Shown here piece after piece: positions 48,976-63,187 of a stretch of DNA of 64,000 bases (positions are counted from its first letter, which is position 1; every line of letters begins with the position of its first letter). The notes under the pieces were generated by a model. It did not search any database. It was given only the letters and a program-made list of their open reading frames with translations, and was not told the origin of the DNA. Made by a program: the position numbers and the translations under genes. The stretch is from Mobula hypostoma (lineage: Eukaryota): positions 118,608,001-118,672,000 of the forward strand of contig NC_086097.1 in assembly GCF_963921235.1 (NCBI RefSeq). The letters run 5' to 3'.

Positions 48976-49209
48976 ATTTTGTATAATAATTTTATCAAAT
49001 CTCCCTTTCTTCTCCTACACACAAGGGAATAAAGTTCTAACCTATTCAGCCTTTCCCTATAACTCAGGTCCTGAAGCCCCAGCAGCATCGTTGTAAATTT
49101 TCATCGTACTCTTTCAATGTTATTGATAACTGTCCTGTAGGTAGGTCTCTGTACTATATAAGGGAACAGCTTTATGCTCCACATTCTCTAGACTAAGATC
49201 CTCTGCAAC

Positions 49210-50340
49210 TCTAAAGATTCATGACAAACCTTTGGAAAACGTGGATGGTTTTCCAAATCTCAAGTGACATGCCTCAACAAATAGGAGACATTGAGAATGA
49301 GTGCTCTTGAATAATTTTTGGCCAAATAAGGAAAAGGGTGTGCAAAGATGAAGACATTGAATGTGGCTCAAAGTACATTGTCTACAGAACAGCAGTGATA
49401 TCTGCTTTCCTATGTGTTTCTGAACCACAGAGCGTCTGCAGTAGGAACCTCATGACATTAGAAATACACTCAGTGGACACTTTATTAGGTACACCTGTAC
49501 ATCTGAATGGGGAAGAAATGTGCTCTAAGTGCCTTGTGACTGTGAATGACTGTTGGTGCCAGACAGGGTGATTTGTGTATCTCAGCAACAACTGATCTCC
49601 TGAGGCTTTCATGCAGAACAGTCTCTAGAGCTTACAAAGAATGCTGTGAAAACAAAAAAAAATCCAATGAGCAGCAGTTCTGTGGGTGAAAAAATCTTGT
49701 CAGTGAGAGAGGTCAGACTAGTTCAAGCTGAGAAGAATGTGACAATAAGTCAAATAACCACATGTTCGAACAGTGATGTGCAGAAGAGCATTTCTAATAG
49801 CACACCACATCAAGCATTGAGGTGGATGGGCTGAAACAGCCGGAGACCACTTTATTAGGTACCGGATGTATACTGCCATTTTCATCTCCAACAAATATTC
49901 TGAGTTTATTGGACAGATAAACAACATAACAAGTGTCCTCTTCCAGGCCAGCATCCTCACCATTGAGCCCCTGGTGATCATCAGTCAGCTCAGTTGTATC
50001 TCCAACAACAATATCCTAGAAATAGATCCTCTAATCCACCCTCTGCCACATAAAGACAATGCAAGTTGGACATAGAAGAAGATTCAAGGATTTATTCAAA
50101 GCCTCCTTAAAGAAATGCATCATCATCACTGACCCTGAGAAATCCTTGGGTTTTGATGGTTTGAAGTAATGAAGGAACATTCAAGTTGATGTTGCAAACC
50201 TCAAGTCAAAGCATCAAAGACATACAAAATACCTGTGCAAAAGGCAGAAGGATGTATGATCTTGCAAACTATGACGCATCTGTGAGGAAGCCATGTTTCC
50301 CTTGTTGGGATCAACTATTGCCTCAGAATGCAGCATAGCA
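49210..50340 (+). mobile_element. Old RTE fragment split by a Tc1-type element (49467-49868)
   Basis: VYRTAVISAFL before the insert and ITSVLFQASILTIEPL after it; insert begins ta|cactcagtggacactttattaggtacac. Confidence 0.6.
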
Positions 50341-50769
50341 GAGTGCAAACAATACTAAACTAAATCATAAAGAACTATCACAGTGAATTTACGTTAACAT
50401 CATAATCTACATTTTTTTCCAACATTTTGGACTCTTGATGGTTGAACTGAATTTCAGAAACGGGATAAGCAAGCAGCTTCTAAAACATGGAGATACATTT
50501 TCAGGCAAAAAGGTATTTCTCAGTCAAGATTTGGGAAGAAATTGGTTAATGACAGAAATAGACATAAAGCTCAGGTTCATTATGCTGTTGGCAACATAAT
50601 AAATTAATTAAGCCAGTTTGTTTGCATAATTACTGCATGTGAATAGCATTACAAGGAATATACATAAGCTGCAAAAGTGAGCAGAGGTCCCATTATCTCA
50701 TTCTGGTCATACTTCTTAAAGACATCCTGCACCTCCTGCAGATAGTTTAAATTGTAAGCTTCATCACTG

Positions 50770-51135
50770 ACACTGAGGGACAGGATTTATAATTATTTGG
50801 ATAAACTGGGCCTGATTAACAATAGTGAATATGACTTTGAGTATGGTGGGTCATGTCAAATCAAGTTTATGGAGTTTATTGAGAAAGTTACAAGTAAGGT
50901 TGATGAAGAAAATTCATCTTCACAAAGGGGGTGGTGACAGTGTAGGATGAGCTGCTGGTGGAGGTGAAGGATATGGGTTTAACTGTAACATTTAAGAGAA
51001 GCTTGAATAGACACATGGATGAAAATGGTATGGGGGGCTATGCTTCAGCTGCGGGTATGGGATTACTAAGAAAACTGGGTTGGCATTGGCCGGATGGGCT
51101 GAATGACCTGTTTCTATGCTATAGAGCTCTATGAC
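50770..51135 (+). mobile_element. CR1 fragment, internally deleted
   Basis: Degenerate QHGF/SCL region joined to a CR1 3' end (gctgaatgacctgtttctatgct). Confidence 0.6.
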
Positions 51136-51982
51136 CATATTTTTCTCTGAAACATGGCATAAGTTTTGAGTGAGCATGCAAGAATAAAAACCAAGATTGA
51201 GGCCAAGCTCAATAAGGGAAAGAGAAGGTACAAATTCCTGGAGGCCATTCAGGAAGATGCCTGTAGAGATGGTGCTGGGAAATAGCTGTGGTGTTTAATG
51301 TTTAACAGAATTGCGGCTACAGGGATATGGATGGAGTGTGAGAGAAAGGTACTTACATCAAATCTAACATCGATAAATTGACATTATTCCTGTAGTTCAG
51401 ATATTAGATATCCAGCTTACTTTAGATTTTGAAAGAGCTACATAGATCGGTAGTCTTGGAAAAATCAATCACAACATATTATTACTTTCAAACTGGTTAA
51501 TGCAAGAATCCCCTTGATGTTTCTTGCAGGTAATCAAGAGAGTAAAAATGGCAATTGTTAATATTATAGACTGAGATTGAAGAAGGGTATTGTTTGCATC
51601 TCAAGGGAACTATGAATGGCACTCTAAATCTATCCTTCTCTATTGCTCTTCAGGGATTTCAGCCAATATCTTTCCTTTTCAATCTCAGTCTGTAACCTTT
51701 CAGTACAATTTTAATTGATAGCTATTACCTGGAATCTGATTTTCTAGTGAGTCTTTGGTATTATTCTTTCTATGGGGAAATATATCTCAAACAAATCAGT
51801 GGTTCTGATGTACATCAATGATGCATTGCAACCATAAGCATTCCAAAGGGAATCGGAGGTTGGTATTTGCAATGATCCCATGCCTCTTTGATCCATGGAA
51901 GCCCCTTCCTAATTCTCGGAAACTTAAAACATGTTCAATATGTAAAGTTATGTCTCTTTGATGAAGATTCATTCTCTCCATG

Positions 51983-52486
51983 TGTCAAGGCGGATCAACC
52001 CGATGCAAGAGCGCAGATACCACAAACACAATAAAACAAGCAATACTTTCTCAAACTTTACTCTTTATTCATAGCATGCTATGGGGGAAGTTACAGACTG
52101 ATCTCCCAAAGAGCCAGTCCGGACACTACCCTCCCCTGAATCACAATTCTTCACAATTTATAATTTTGATCATTACGTCCACAGGAAATCTTACAATTAC
52201 ATGAGTTAAGACAGGTTTAGAATAGTTTCAATCACATGTTAATATACCATTAGATGTAAAATCATCATTGGTTAGTTATAATTATTTTCTGCCAAAGCTA
52301 GCCTGGATACAACATTAGTTCCTTATATTGACACCTTCCCCTTTCTCTCGAACATTCTATCTCCTACGCTATCCTTCCCATATTTAGTTATACCTTGAGA
52401 TGTCCTTCTGTATGGCCAGATAGAGGACAATGTCTAATACGTCACCTGTTGCTGGGTAGGGTTTCTCTCTGACTTGCCCAACAACA
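51983..52486. mobile_element. Possible solo LTR
   Basis: TGTCAAGG...CAACA termini and a minus-strand AATAAA; no TSD found. Confidence 0.35.
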
Positions 52487-53489
52487 GTAAGCTAAGGTGC
52501 TCATAAGGTGATTGATCATTAGCTAATCATTGTTATTAGTATTTACCTATCCCTCTGCTCTATCACATGGATGCTGCTCAACCTGCTGAACATTTCCAGC
52601 TGAGTCTCTTAGTTTTGATGAACTGTCTCTGCCCGGATTCTAAGGCCAGAAAATACTGTCTTGGAATAGAAGTACATCCCTTTAAAACAAAGACGAAGAA
52701 GAATTTCTTTAACAATGGTGGTGTATCTATGGAATTCACTTCCACAGAGGACAGTGGAGGCCAAGTAATTGGGTATATTAAAAAGCGGAGGCTTGCAGAT
52801 TCTTGATTAGTAAAGGCATCAAATGTTAGGGGAGAAAACAGGAGAATGTAGTTGACAGGGATAATAAATCAGCTATGATGGAATGGCCTAATTCTGCTCC
52901 TATGACTTACGGTCTTTTGGAATGGCAACTGTTTATTCCCCTTAATAGATGCTGCCTGACCTGATGAGCTCTTCAAGCATTTTATATGTGTTAGTCAGGA
53001 TCTCACTTTCCAGTGTTGCCCAATCCTTTTACTCCCACTTCAGCCCTGCAGGATGAACTTCTGCCTGTAAAGTCATTATGAGTTGTAGAAATTGGAAGGA
53101 AACAAAAGAAAAGTTATTGAGATTGGAAACATGTTCTACCAGGTGGATGAGGGTTGTAGTGGAAAGGAGCCTTCCCTTAAGGGATGTAGGTGTTCGTGAC
53201 TGGGTGTGCATGGTAAAGATGAGATGGTTGGAGCCCATTTATTAAGTCTGTTTCATTACCCATTACCAGATTCAAGATAGATTATTCTCTGGCCAGCTCC
53301 TCAATCTCATGCTCTAGGAAACTAAGAAAATATTCCATATGAACTTGTAGCTATAATTTTCAACTTGTTTAGCCCAATGTATATGAAGACAAAATAGCAT
53401 GCTAAATATTGAACAATTCTTTTTATATGCCTCCTGTCTGATAATGTTGCTGTTACTTCAGGGCCTGGGCACCACTGTGAGCAGCGTCC

Positions 53490-54245
53490 CATAGCTGTTC
53501 ATCTACCTCCTGCAAGCACTCTTTGTTTCCCTTATCTCCAGAGCTTTGCCTATAAGCAAGTAGGAGAAGGGTAGCCAAATAACCTAATAGTCTGAAATGT
53601 TAATCTAGGCATGGAATGGTAGGCATTCTTATTCGTAGTATTACAGTTGTTTAGTAGGCTGGAACTCCTGGTGCTGCAGGTTAAATGTTGATGATAATTG
53701 GGCAGAGATTTCTTCAAACAAGCCTGACTGAAGTTCTTGACTGTGGTTTGAAATGCATTAGGGTGGACACTTTCTTGCTTGGTGATGGCAGCATTCAATA
53801 TCTTGAGTGACTGGCTAATGCCAGCTTTTGGCAGTATATAAACTACAGTAAGGAACTCGGAGGAGAACTCCCTTAGTAAGTAGATTGGCCAGCACTTAAT
53901 CATTAGATGTTCCAGATCAGGGGAACAAGAGTGCAACAAGACTGAAACAGCTCCATCCAAGCATCACAGAGAGTTTATTGTGAAACACAGACCCCCACCT
54001 TTTGCCTTCTCCAAATCAGCAGTTTGGTCCATCCTGTTTATAAAGAAGCCCCCGGGTCTGATTGCCTAACCCAGTGTGTTTGGACTCAACCATGTCTCTG
54101 TGAAACATAGAACTCAGCAATTCATTATTTTCCTGATACAGCAATCTTGCCCTTATGTCCTCAACCACCTTCTCCAGTGACTATACATTAGCTAACAAGA
54201 TGCTGGGTAGAGGAACTTCTATTGGTTGGCATTTCAGCCAGACTT
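53490..54245 (-). mobile_element. Rex1-type LINE APE endonuclease fragment
   Basis: CSPDLEHLMIKCWPIYLLREFSS...VVYILP, homologous to 38580..38852. Confidence 0.8.
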
Positions 54246-55374
54246 GGAACCCTCCCCTTCTTGTTCTCCTCCAGGTATAGAGATGTAACTTAAAGGAACT
54301 GTAAAGCTATGCTTGAGTTAAGTCTGCCGTGTTCTTCAGAAGATCATGAAATCACTGGTTCATTGAGATGGTTCAAAAGTATGTTGCTTAGAAGGAAATT
54401 AACTTTGCCTTACGCAGGAGATTTCGTGCATGCTTTTGCATTCTACTTCTCTTTCTTTCATTTTTGTCCCTGCTTTTTGCTTCCTTTGATTTGTTGTAAT
54501 CATTTAGCTCTCCTGGCTTTGATTGCAGGTTAGCCCACAAGCAGTGTAATATTCTACAGAAAAGGCCAATGTTCTGCTCAGGTGACTATAATGATTTATT
54601 AAATTCAAAATACAAATAGCAAATACAGCCTAAATCCATGCCTTCCAAGGAACAATTGATGGTAAGTGCTCTAACTATGATTAGCCAATAGGAAAATTAT
54701 TTATGCAATGTCTAGTTCATGATTTCAATCATCTCATTCTAGAAGCCACCAGGTTCAAGAACATCAACATGCCTTCACGAACCAACTGGCACATTCCAGT
54801 AACTACCTCAGTATAGAAAACTATGAGAACTTTGCACTACAATGGGCTTTGATTTTTATTCAAATTGTGTTCTTTCTTGTCAAAATAGTGCATATTTTAT
54901 GTGTAATTAACGTTTTTCTTGTGACTGCTGCTTATCTGATGTTATGTGCATGTGATGCAGCTGCAAGTAAGCTTTTCATTGCACCTGTGCATGCTTGCAC
55001 AGTACTTTTGGATATGATAAGAAACTTGACTTTAAACTTGGCTTTGATCCGGCACACTGTTGTCTATGGTCTGGGAAACCATCTTGATGTCTGAAATGAT
55101 GTGAGTTATGAACCTTGGTGACTACAATCTACATGCCTGTGATGCTGCTGACAGCAGGTGAATGGCAGAAACCAAAGAATTGTTGGATTCTCCAATGGTG
55201 TTCAAAGTTCTTGCTGTTGTTGCATATGTACAGTTTATATATCTGTAGTAAATTGAAATAACTTAGTTGCTTTTCAATGGAAAAGCCAGTGAATGCCCAG
55301 CAGACCTTTCTATTGAGAAGCAACAAAGATATTGCAACTTACTATGGACTCAGAAGTCACTTTATTAGGTAACT

Positions 55375-55710
55375 ATTCTGATCAGAGCTCGAAGTTTTCG
55401 GATGACTCAGAGTCGGACTGTGGTCGGGTATGACAGGGAGAGTTTTTCTTCCTTCTCTCATCTGCGTGAGATGTGGGACATTTGAGAGATTTTGAACTTT
55501 TACTGTGCTCATGGACTTCTTCATCAAGTTATGGTATTGTTGCACTGTTGTAACTATATGTTATAATTATGTGGTTTTGTTAGTTTTTTTCAGTCTTGGT
55601 CTGTCCTGTGTTTTGTGCTATCACACCGGAGGAAATATTGTATCATTTCTTTATGCATGCATTACTAAATGACAATAAATGAGGACTGCGTATCTTCATA
55701 ATCTAAAATC
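55375..55710 (+). mobile_element. Retroposon 3' fragment with (AATCT)-type tail inside a minimal Tc1-type core
   Basis: TSD TAACT at 55370-55374 and 55711-55715; flanked by cactttattagg...gtacctaataaag. Confidence 0.6.
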
Positions 55711-56653
55711 TAACTCATGTACCTAATAAAGACCATAAGACACAAGAGCAGGATTCCACCATTTGGCACATCAAATCTGCTCCACTATTTCATCATGGCT
55801 GATCTATTTTCCCTCTCAACCCCGTTCTCCTACCATCTCCTTGTAACACACAAATAATTTATAAATAAACAGATAGGTAGATAAATGGATAAATAAATGC
55901 TATCGAGATCATGAATTGTAAACTTCTTGAACGTGAGTTCCTAGGTTGTGGAATTTACCATTCAATGATAGGCAATTTGATTATTCTCATCATTACACTG
56001 TTACACAAGACTTTCTTGAACTTGAATTATTGATTTCTACCAATCCATGTTAAAATGGAATCAGCTCCAGAAGATCTCAGATCCATGTGAAGAAACCTGG
56101 CAAGTTTAGAAAGCGCAAACTCTTTCTCCCATGGATATGGATCACATAAGCATCACAATTATCTATTGCAAAGTTGAGCCTTTCAGCAAGGTAGCAGCAT
56201 ACCCTTCTGCTGGAAGAGCAGAAGCAGAAAGAGAAAATGATAGAAAACCTCAGCAGGTCACCCAATATATGTCGAAAGAGAAAGAGTGGAATATAGAAGA
56301 ATCAGGATAGCTTGGAGTGCATCTCATGCATTGGTTTCAAAGGTACACTTAGTGTCAGAGAAATGTATACAATACACATCCTGAAATATTTTTTCTTCGC
56401 AACCTCCCACAAAAATGGAGGAGTGCCCCCAAAGAATGAGTAACAGTTAAATGTTAGAACCCCCAAGACCCCCTCTAGCTAACCCCTCCTATGCATGAAC
56501 TGTAGCAAAACAATGATCTCCCTTTCCCCACCAGCAAAAAAAAACATCGGCACCCACCAATGAGTACTCAAGCGTGCAGCAAAGCATCAACAAAGACACA
56601 GACTTACAGTACCCTAAAGACTACTCATTCACCTGATATTCGACATACCGCAG

Positions 56654-57693
56654 TGCCAGGATGCTGGAGCAGGGATCTAATCGCAGACCCAGTACTGTGC
56701 ACGCAGTGATATTAATTGAGTAACAAATCCCAAGGTGCAAACAAAGTCAGCATCAAAGTTTAGGCAGAGATCAAAACATCCAGAGAAATCCAAAAACTAG
56801 AATCGGGAAGCAGGCAGAGTCAATATTCAGACAGACAGAGGTCAAATACGAATGCTGCAAAGGCTCAGGAAAACTCACTGGCACAATCTGGCAACAAACA
56901 GGTGAAAACACAGGACTAAAATACACTGAGCAATAAACAGAGAGGCAGATGGTAGGTGGAGCATAAGGATATAAATAAGGTTGAAAGAGTGCAGAGAAGG
57001 TTTACAAGGATGTTGCCGGGACTTGAGAAACTCAGTTACAGAGAAAGGTTGAATAGGTTAGGACTTTATTCCCTGGAGCGTAGAAGAATGAGGGGAGATT
57101 TGATAGAGGTATATAAAATTATGATGGGTATAGGTAGAGTGAATGCAAGCAGGCTTTTTCCACTGAGGCAGGGGGAGAAAAAAACCAGAGGACATGGGTT
57201 AAGGGTGAGGGGGGGGGAAGTTTAAAGGGAACATTAGGGGGGGCTTCTTCACACAGAGAGTGGTGGGAGTATGGAATGAGCTGCCAGACGAGGTGGTAAA
57301 TGTGGTTTCTTTTTTAATATTTAAGAATAAATTGGACAGATACATGGATGGGAGGTGTATGGAGGGATATGGTCCGTGTGCAGGTCAGTGGGACTAGGCA
57401 GAAAATGGTTCGGCACAGCCAAGAAGGGCCAAAAGGCCTGTTTCTGTGCTGTAGTTTCTATGGTTCTATGGTTTCTATGGAGCACAATGAGAGAAGTGGC
57501 AGCAATACAGGTAATAATGAGAAACAGGTGTGAGGCGGAGTACTCAGTAATACAGGGGCTGGAGTAGAGCAGGAGGGGGGACAGGAGCACATGGGGCATG
57601 AAAACAAACAAGAGCGCATGGCAATGCAAACCACAGACTGTCGGCTTGGGGGAAAACACACAGAACGACTAAGTTCAACTGAAGGTACAGACA
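56654..57693. mobile_element. Solo LTR containing a CR1 insertion
   Basis: TG...CA termini; flanks CCGCAG (56648-56653) / CCACAG (57694-57699). Confidence 0.65.
56964..57477 (+). mobile_element. Young 5'-truncated CR1 with (TTCTATGG)n tail
   Basis: ERVQRRFTRMLPGL...RRMRGDLIEVYKIM; TSD TGGAGCA at 56957-56963 and 57478-57484. Confidence 0.92.
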
Positions 57694-58159
57694 CCACAGG
57701 CTCTCTCTCTCTAATAAGGGAGAAAGAATTGTCTCCATTTCACAACGAGAGGGGAGACATAACAAACAGCTCACTGATGTATGATGTTAAAAGTCTGTTG
57801 CATCGATTTTTCTGCGTTCTGTACCTAAATAACTCGGGTCTCTGGGCACACAGCCAGCAGCCAACTTGCTACTTTCGATCTTCTGTCTCCCACGACACAC
57901 CAGATTCCTGTGGCATCAATATTGGCGAAACAACATGCTCTTCCAATAATGGTCCGTGTTAAAGCCCAAGTATAACATTTACTCAAAAACTATATGAATG
58001 ATGATTAAACTTAACAGCATGAAAGCAAAAGTTTAGCTAGTTACTGGAGGAATCACATAGATAAGTGAAGATTCTGACTACTCACTGTCTCAATCAAAGG
58101 AAATCAGCTCAAGTTATTCACCTTTTCTTCTTTGTGAACTGTAACTGACAATACTTAAA

Positions 58160-58770
58160 GATAAAGATTAGTTTTATTTGTCATATGTACATTGAAATAT
58201 GCTATTTGTGTCAAATCAAATCAGCGAGGATTGCGCTGGGCAGCCCACAAGTTTTGCCATGACTCTGGTGGCAGTGTATCATGCCCACTACTTTGGAATG
58301 TGGGGAGTCATGGTAGCTAGTTGTTAATGCAACGCTTTATAGTACAGGTGATCCGGGTTCAATTCCCGCTGCTTCTTATAAGGAATTTGTACATTCTCCC
58401 CGTGAATATGTGGGTTTCCTCTGGGTGCTCTGGTTTCCTCCCAGAGTCCAATGATGTAACAGTTGGCAGGTTACTTGGTTATTGCAAATTGTCCCATGAT
58501 TAGACCAGGATTAAATCAAAGAATTGTTGGGCGGTGCAGCACGAAGGACCAGAAGGGCCTATTCCACGCTGTATTTAAAGATAACAATTAGCTTTATTTG
58601 TCGCATGTGCACTGACACATGGAGTGAAATGCATTGTTTGCTTCAAATCAAATCATTGAAGATTGTACTGAGCAGTCCACAAGTTTCGCCACTCTTCCAA
58701 CACCAGCATAACATGTCCACGGTTTACAAAACCATAGCCATATGTCTCAGGAAAGTGGGAGGAACACATA
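58160..58770. mobile_element. tRNA-SINE (58305-58580, +) between two reversed SINE 3' fragments
   Basis: A/B-box-like tggtagctagttgttaatgc...gggttcaattccc; tgggtttcctctgggtgctctggtttcctccc core. Confidence 0.6.
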
Positions 58771-61289
58771 TGATGAACAAGAGAACAGAAAAAAAACCCA
58801 CACTGATTAATTATTTAATTATTCTGTGGTCATTATAATAGTGACCTTAAGACAAATTTTAATCAGGCAGATTCCCATGAATATATCATTCCTCATAGCC
58901 CGATGTAGGAAAACAGAAAAAAGTGACGGGATATGTATTATCCCTGTGTTTATGTAAATATTTGATGCACTAAGAGGAAACATGCGGTGTTTACCATTAA
59001 CACCTGGCACGATTCTTAATTACATTCCTCATTTCCTCTAGAAAATGTATGCACTTTTAATTGCCAAAATTCTTGGCCAGTGATAGCTTTTAATATATTC
59101 TTATTTGATTATTGTTTGTTACTCCAGCAGAGCAATGAATTCACTACTGAACTGCTGCTGATGAGGTCCCTAGAGTTGAGCTATAGAGCAGCCATATGGT
59201 TGTTATGCTTCTGAAGACCTCAGACAATGTAAAAGATTGATAACAGTGTTAACTTATTGTTTGCTGCCCAGAGCAAAGCCTCATCCTTTATAGTGATGCA
59301 CAGTATATGATGATAAATTATGAATCTATTACCTGGTAGATTAGTTAACTTGAATCATTAACCTATCAGCTGAAGAAGGAACTAAATCAGCTGCATGGGA
59401 AAGCAAAGCTTCTCCAAGTCATTTGTGGTACTTACCATATTCTGTTTGTTATGCAAATACTATGAACTCCAAAGTTCATCCATTTATTCAAATAGAGCAA
59501 AAGTTGAAGAAACATATTTGCAAATCCAGGAGTAAATAGAAACTTGACATGCAAAAGTGCGCAGATCATAACATATTGGACTTAGCTGTAGAATTTAGTT
59601 TAAAGAAAATCAATTCTAATATCCTGAAGACAATGTATGTTCTGAGAGTTAAAATAATATAAGTACAACATAGAACATTATACTTCTCACAACTTAGAAG
59701 GAGAATCTTTGACCTATCAAGCGTAAACCAGCCTTCAAGCACCCTTATCAGCCCCTCTCCCCACTTAGTTACAAATAACCTATTGTATGTCACACATTCG
59801 TCACCCTTTCTTTCTTCTCTTGTTGCCTGCCAGCACATAATGGGGAACTTAAAGAAGTTTTTTAACCTCCCAGTACACCTTTTACTTGTAGGAGGATCCC
59901 GGAGCATTTGGTCAGAGGGAGAATGTTTCATTGGACATCAAAAACTCCTTTACGCTATACCGTCACTAATCTCATTTTAATTCTTCCTACTCCCCAAAGG
60001 TTCTACACCTACTTTGGTATCAGGGGTGAAACGTATGGGTTTGATTACGAGAATGTGACAAGTGTGCATGTGGCTGATTGATCGCGAGTTGAATCAGTTG
60101 GGTGTCCTGAGCGCAGGAGGCTCTTTCTTTCTGCGCGGTCTTTCTAGTGTGCATGTTTTACAGTTTCAAGGGGCCTGGTTCATCACTCCAACACTGGATG
60201 TTGCCCTGCATGTACCATGGCTGACAGGACTCAGTAAAAACATTTAATCCAACTACTCCATTGTTACTCTTGCTCCAAGCATATGTAACAAGGGGCAATT
60301 TACAAATGATCATTTGATCCACCAACCACATATCTTTGGAGTGTGGGAAGAAATTGAGCATGTGGAAGAAACCCATATAAATCATAGGGAATTGCCAATG
60401 ACAAACTCCAGACAGAGGCCAAAATTGAACCCAGCTTGCTCGAACTGTGAGGTAGAGTCTCAACTCAATGAACCACTTTACTGCTCTATTTCCCTACATC
60501 TGAGAATGCAGAGAATAATTTTCTGAGAACAGAAGTCATGCTCAAATCAGGAAGTATGTTAAGTACCATAAAGTGCTGTAGTTTATTATTAAAAGGACAA
60601 TTTACAATTGGGCTAGGTAGTGAATGAGCTGGTCACAATGACACACAGATTCATTTGCTATTGTAAAGATGTAGAGATGATGTTCCTGTGCTGTGTTAAC
60701 TCTATTCAAATCCTTGCAACGCTGAATTTTTATCTTAGTATGCTTGAGGAGGGCAGATGTTATTTGGCATAGAAAGTAAATGTTGTATAGGAACAAAATT
60801 AAGCCATTTAATCAGCATAATTTCACCAATCTGACAATTACTCCTCAGTATGGCGAAGAGACTGGTTTGTGTGGCAGTACTGTAGCCTTGTTTCATTTCC
60901 AAATAACTACTGCTCTGCAAATCGGATTCTGTGAATGTGGCGCAGGCTCCAACCAGGTACTCCATGACACTGAATAATGGGCCCATAACTGTGTTTTATT
61001 TACGTAAAGTTATTTCTTCTACCCCGAAATATTGATCATTGTTTCTTCTTGCTTCTTTTATCATTTCTCACATCTTCCGCAGAGAGAACATTTGGAATGT
61101 GAATATGATCACAATCAAAAGTGGGGGTTTTTATTGGTGGCATAGAGGTGCAGCTGGTGGAGCTGTTGCATCACACCTCAGCTAACTGAGTTTCATCCTG
61201 ACCTCAGGAGCTATCTCTGTGAAGTCTGTATGTTCTGCTAGTGACTGCATGTTTCCCCACGGGCTTCCATTTTCAGCCCGAATTTAGAA

Positions 61290-62555
61290 TTCAGAATTTA
61301 TTTAAATCTTACATCCATCCCACAGCATGAGGGAGTAAAAATCTTTGTGTTATGACTCCGTGGCAATGTATGGACATTTAAAAGTCTAACGGCTTGTAGA
61401 AAGAAACTGTCCTGTAGCCTGTTGGTCTTGGTTTTAATGCTGTGGTACCGTTTGCCAGATGGAAACAGCTGAAATAGTTTATGGTTGGGGTAACTGGTGT
61501 CCCGGATGATCTTCCAGGCCTTTTTCTGCACCTTCTGCTGTTAATGTCCTCAATGGAGGGAAGTTCACATTCACAGATGCGCTGTGCTGTCCGCACCTTT
61601 CTCTGCAGTGCCCAGCAATCAAGGTTGGGCAGTTCCCATACCGAGCAGTGATAGATCCAGTCAGTATGCTCTCAATTGTACCCCTGTAGAAGGCCCTGGA
61701 GGATTTAGGGGCCCATGCCAAACTTCTTCAGTAACCTGAGGTGGAAAAGATGCTGTTGTGCTTTTTTCACCACAAATCCGGTGTGTACAGGTCAGGTAAC
61801 ATCATCGATGATGTGTACACTGAGGAACTTGAAACTACTCACCCTCTCAACTGCAAACCCATTGATGTTGATAGGGGCAAGTCTGTCTCCGTTCCTCCTG
61901 TAATCCACGATCAGCTCTTTTGGCTTTTAGACATGGAGGGAGAGATTGTTATCCAGGCACTACTGTTTCAGGGTGTCAAACTCTTCTCTGTAGGCTGTCT
62001 CATCGCCACTAAAAGTAAGGCAGATAAAAGTCATGGCACTCCGAATTTGTTCAGCAGATTGGAGCTGTGTGTGGCACCACTGTTGTAGGTGTAAACGGAG
62101 TAGAGGAGGGGACTCAGGGCACAACCCTGAGAGGCACCTGTGCTGAGGATCAGAGGAAGAGGTGAGGGAGTCCATCTTTGCCATCTGACGACGATCCTTG
62201 TCCAGCTGCACAAGGTAGGGTGCAGGCCGAGGTCTCTGAGCTTCCCGTCAGGTCTGGAGGGAATTCTGGTGTTGAATGCTGAACTGTAGGCTAGGAACTG
62301 TGTTCTAATGTATGCAACCCTCTTCTCCAGCTGAATGAGGATGGTGTGTAGTGCTGTTGCTATGGCGTCTCAGTAGACTAGTTCCGTCGGTAGATGAATT
62401 GTAGGGGGTCCAGGGTGGGTGGTAACGTACTGCAGACCTATTCTTTAACCGGTCTCTCAAAGCATTTGCTTATTATTGAGGTGCTTGCGATAGGGCGCCA
62501 ATCTTTCAGGTATGCTACCTTGGTTTTCTTAGATACAGGGACAATGATGGACATT
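61290..62555 (-). mobile_element. Rex1/Babar LINE RT fragment
   Basis: STGASQGCALSPLLYSVYT, FYRGTIESILTGSIT, LFQLFPSGKRY...DSFFLQAVRL. Confidence 0.88.
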
Positions 62556-63187
62556 CCAAAGGTGTGAAGGTTGGCAGGTGAATTGGCAACTGTAAAATGC
62601 TCCTCATTCATAGATTGTGGTAGAATCTGGAGGGATGGAGTTTATGCAAAATTAGGGAGGATTGGTTACAGAGAAAATTGAAGGATCTTGGCCCAAAATG
62701 TCGACTGTTTATTCCCTTCCATAGATGCTGCCTGATCTGGTGAGTTCATCCAGCATTGTGAGTGCGTTGCTCTGGATTTTCAGCATCTGCAGAATCTCTT
62801 ATGTTTGTGTTTGTGGGAAGTTGAAATTCCTTTGTGAGGAAACATAAACTTGATGGGCTAATATGGCTTCTCATTCTGTTGCAATGAATTTGAGAGAAAA
62901 TATTCCAAAGGATGTACATGCATACACAGAGGCACTTAAGCTCCAACTATGGAAGATGAATTGAATTCAAACAGAGTGTAAACCCAGCCTTATCCTATTC
63001 CTGCTGCACCGACTCAGTTAAGACCAGAGATGTGATGTGAGCACTCCAGAATGCAATGGCCAAATTCTAGGTGCAGAGAGCAGGGGAATGGTTCAAATTA
63101 TACATAAAAATGCACCTTGCTGTTGTGACATCGGGAGAGATGCTGAGAAAGGGGGAGAAACAGAAAGAAAAATATAAAAATATCTGA

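Larger units (their letters stand above)
56333..57950 (-). mobile_element. About 800-bp non-coding retroposon, copy 2, split by an LTR
   Basis: ggtttcaaaggtacacttagtgtcagagaaatg is the reverse complement of the family 3' end; resumes at 57694 with ccacaggctctctct. Confidence 0.8.

Noticed and set aside
59560..60060. Possible solo LTR ending TGTGACA at 60060
   Set aside because: Could not define the other terminus or a convincing TSD.
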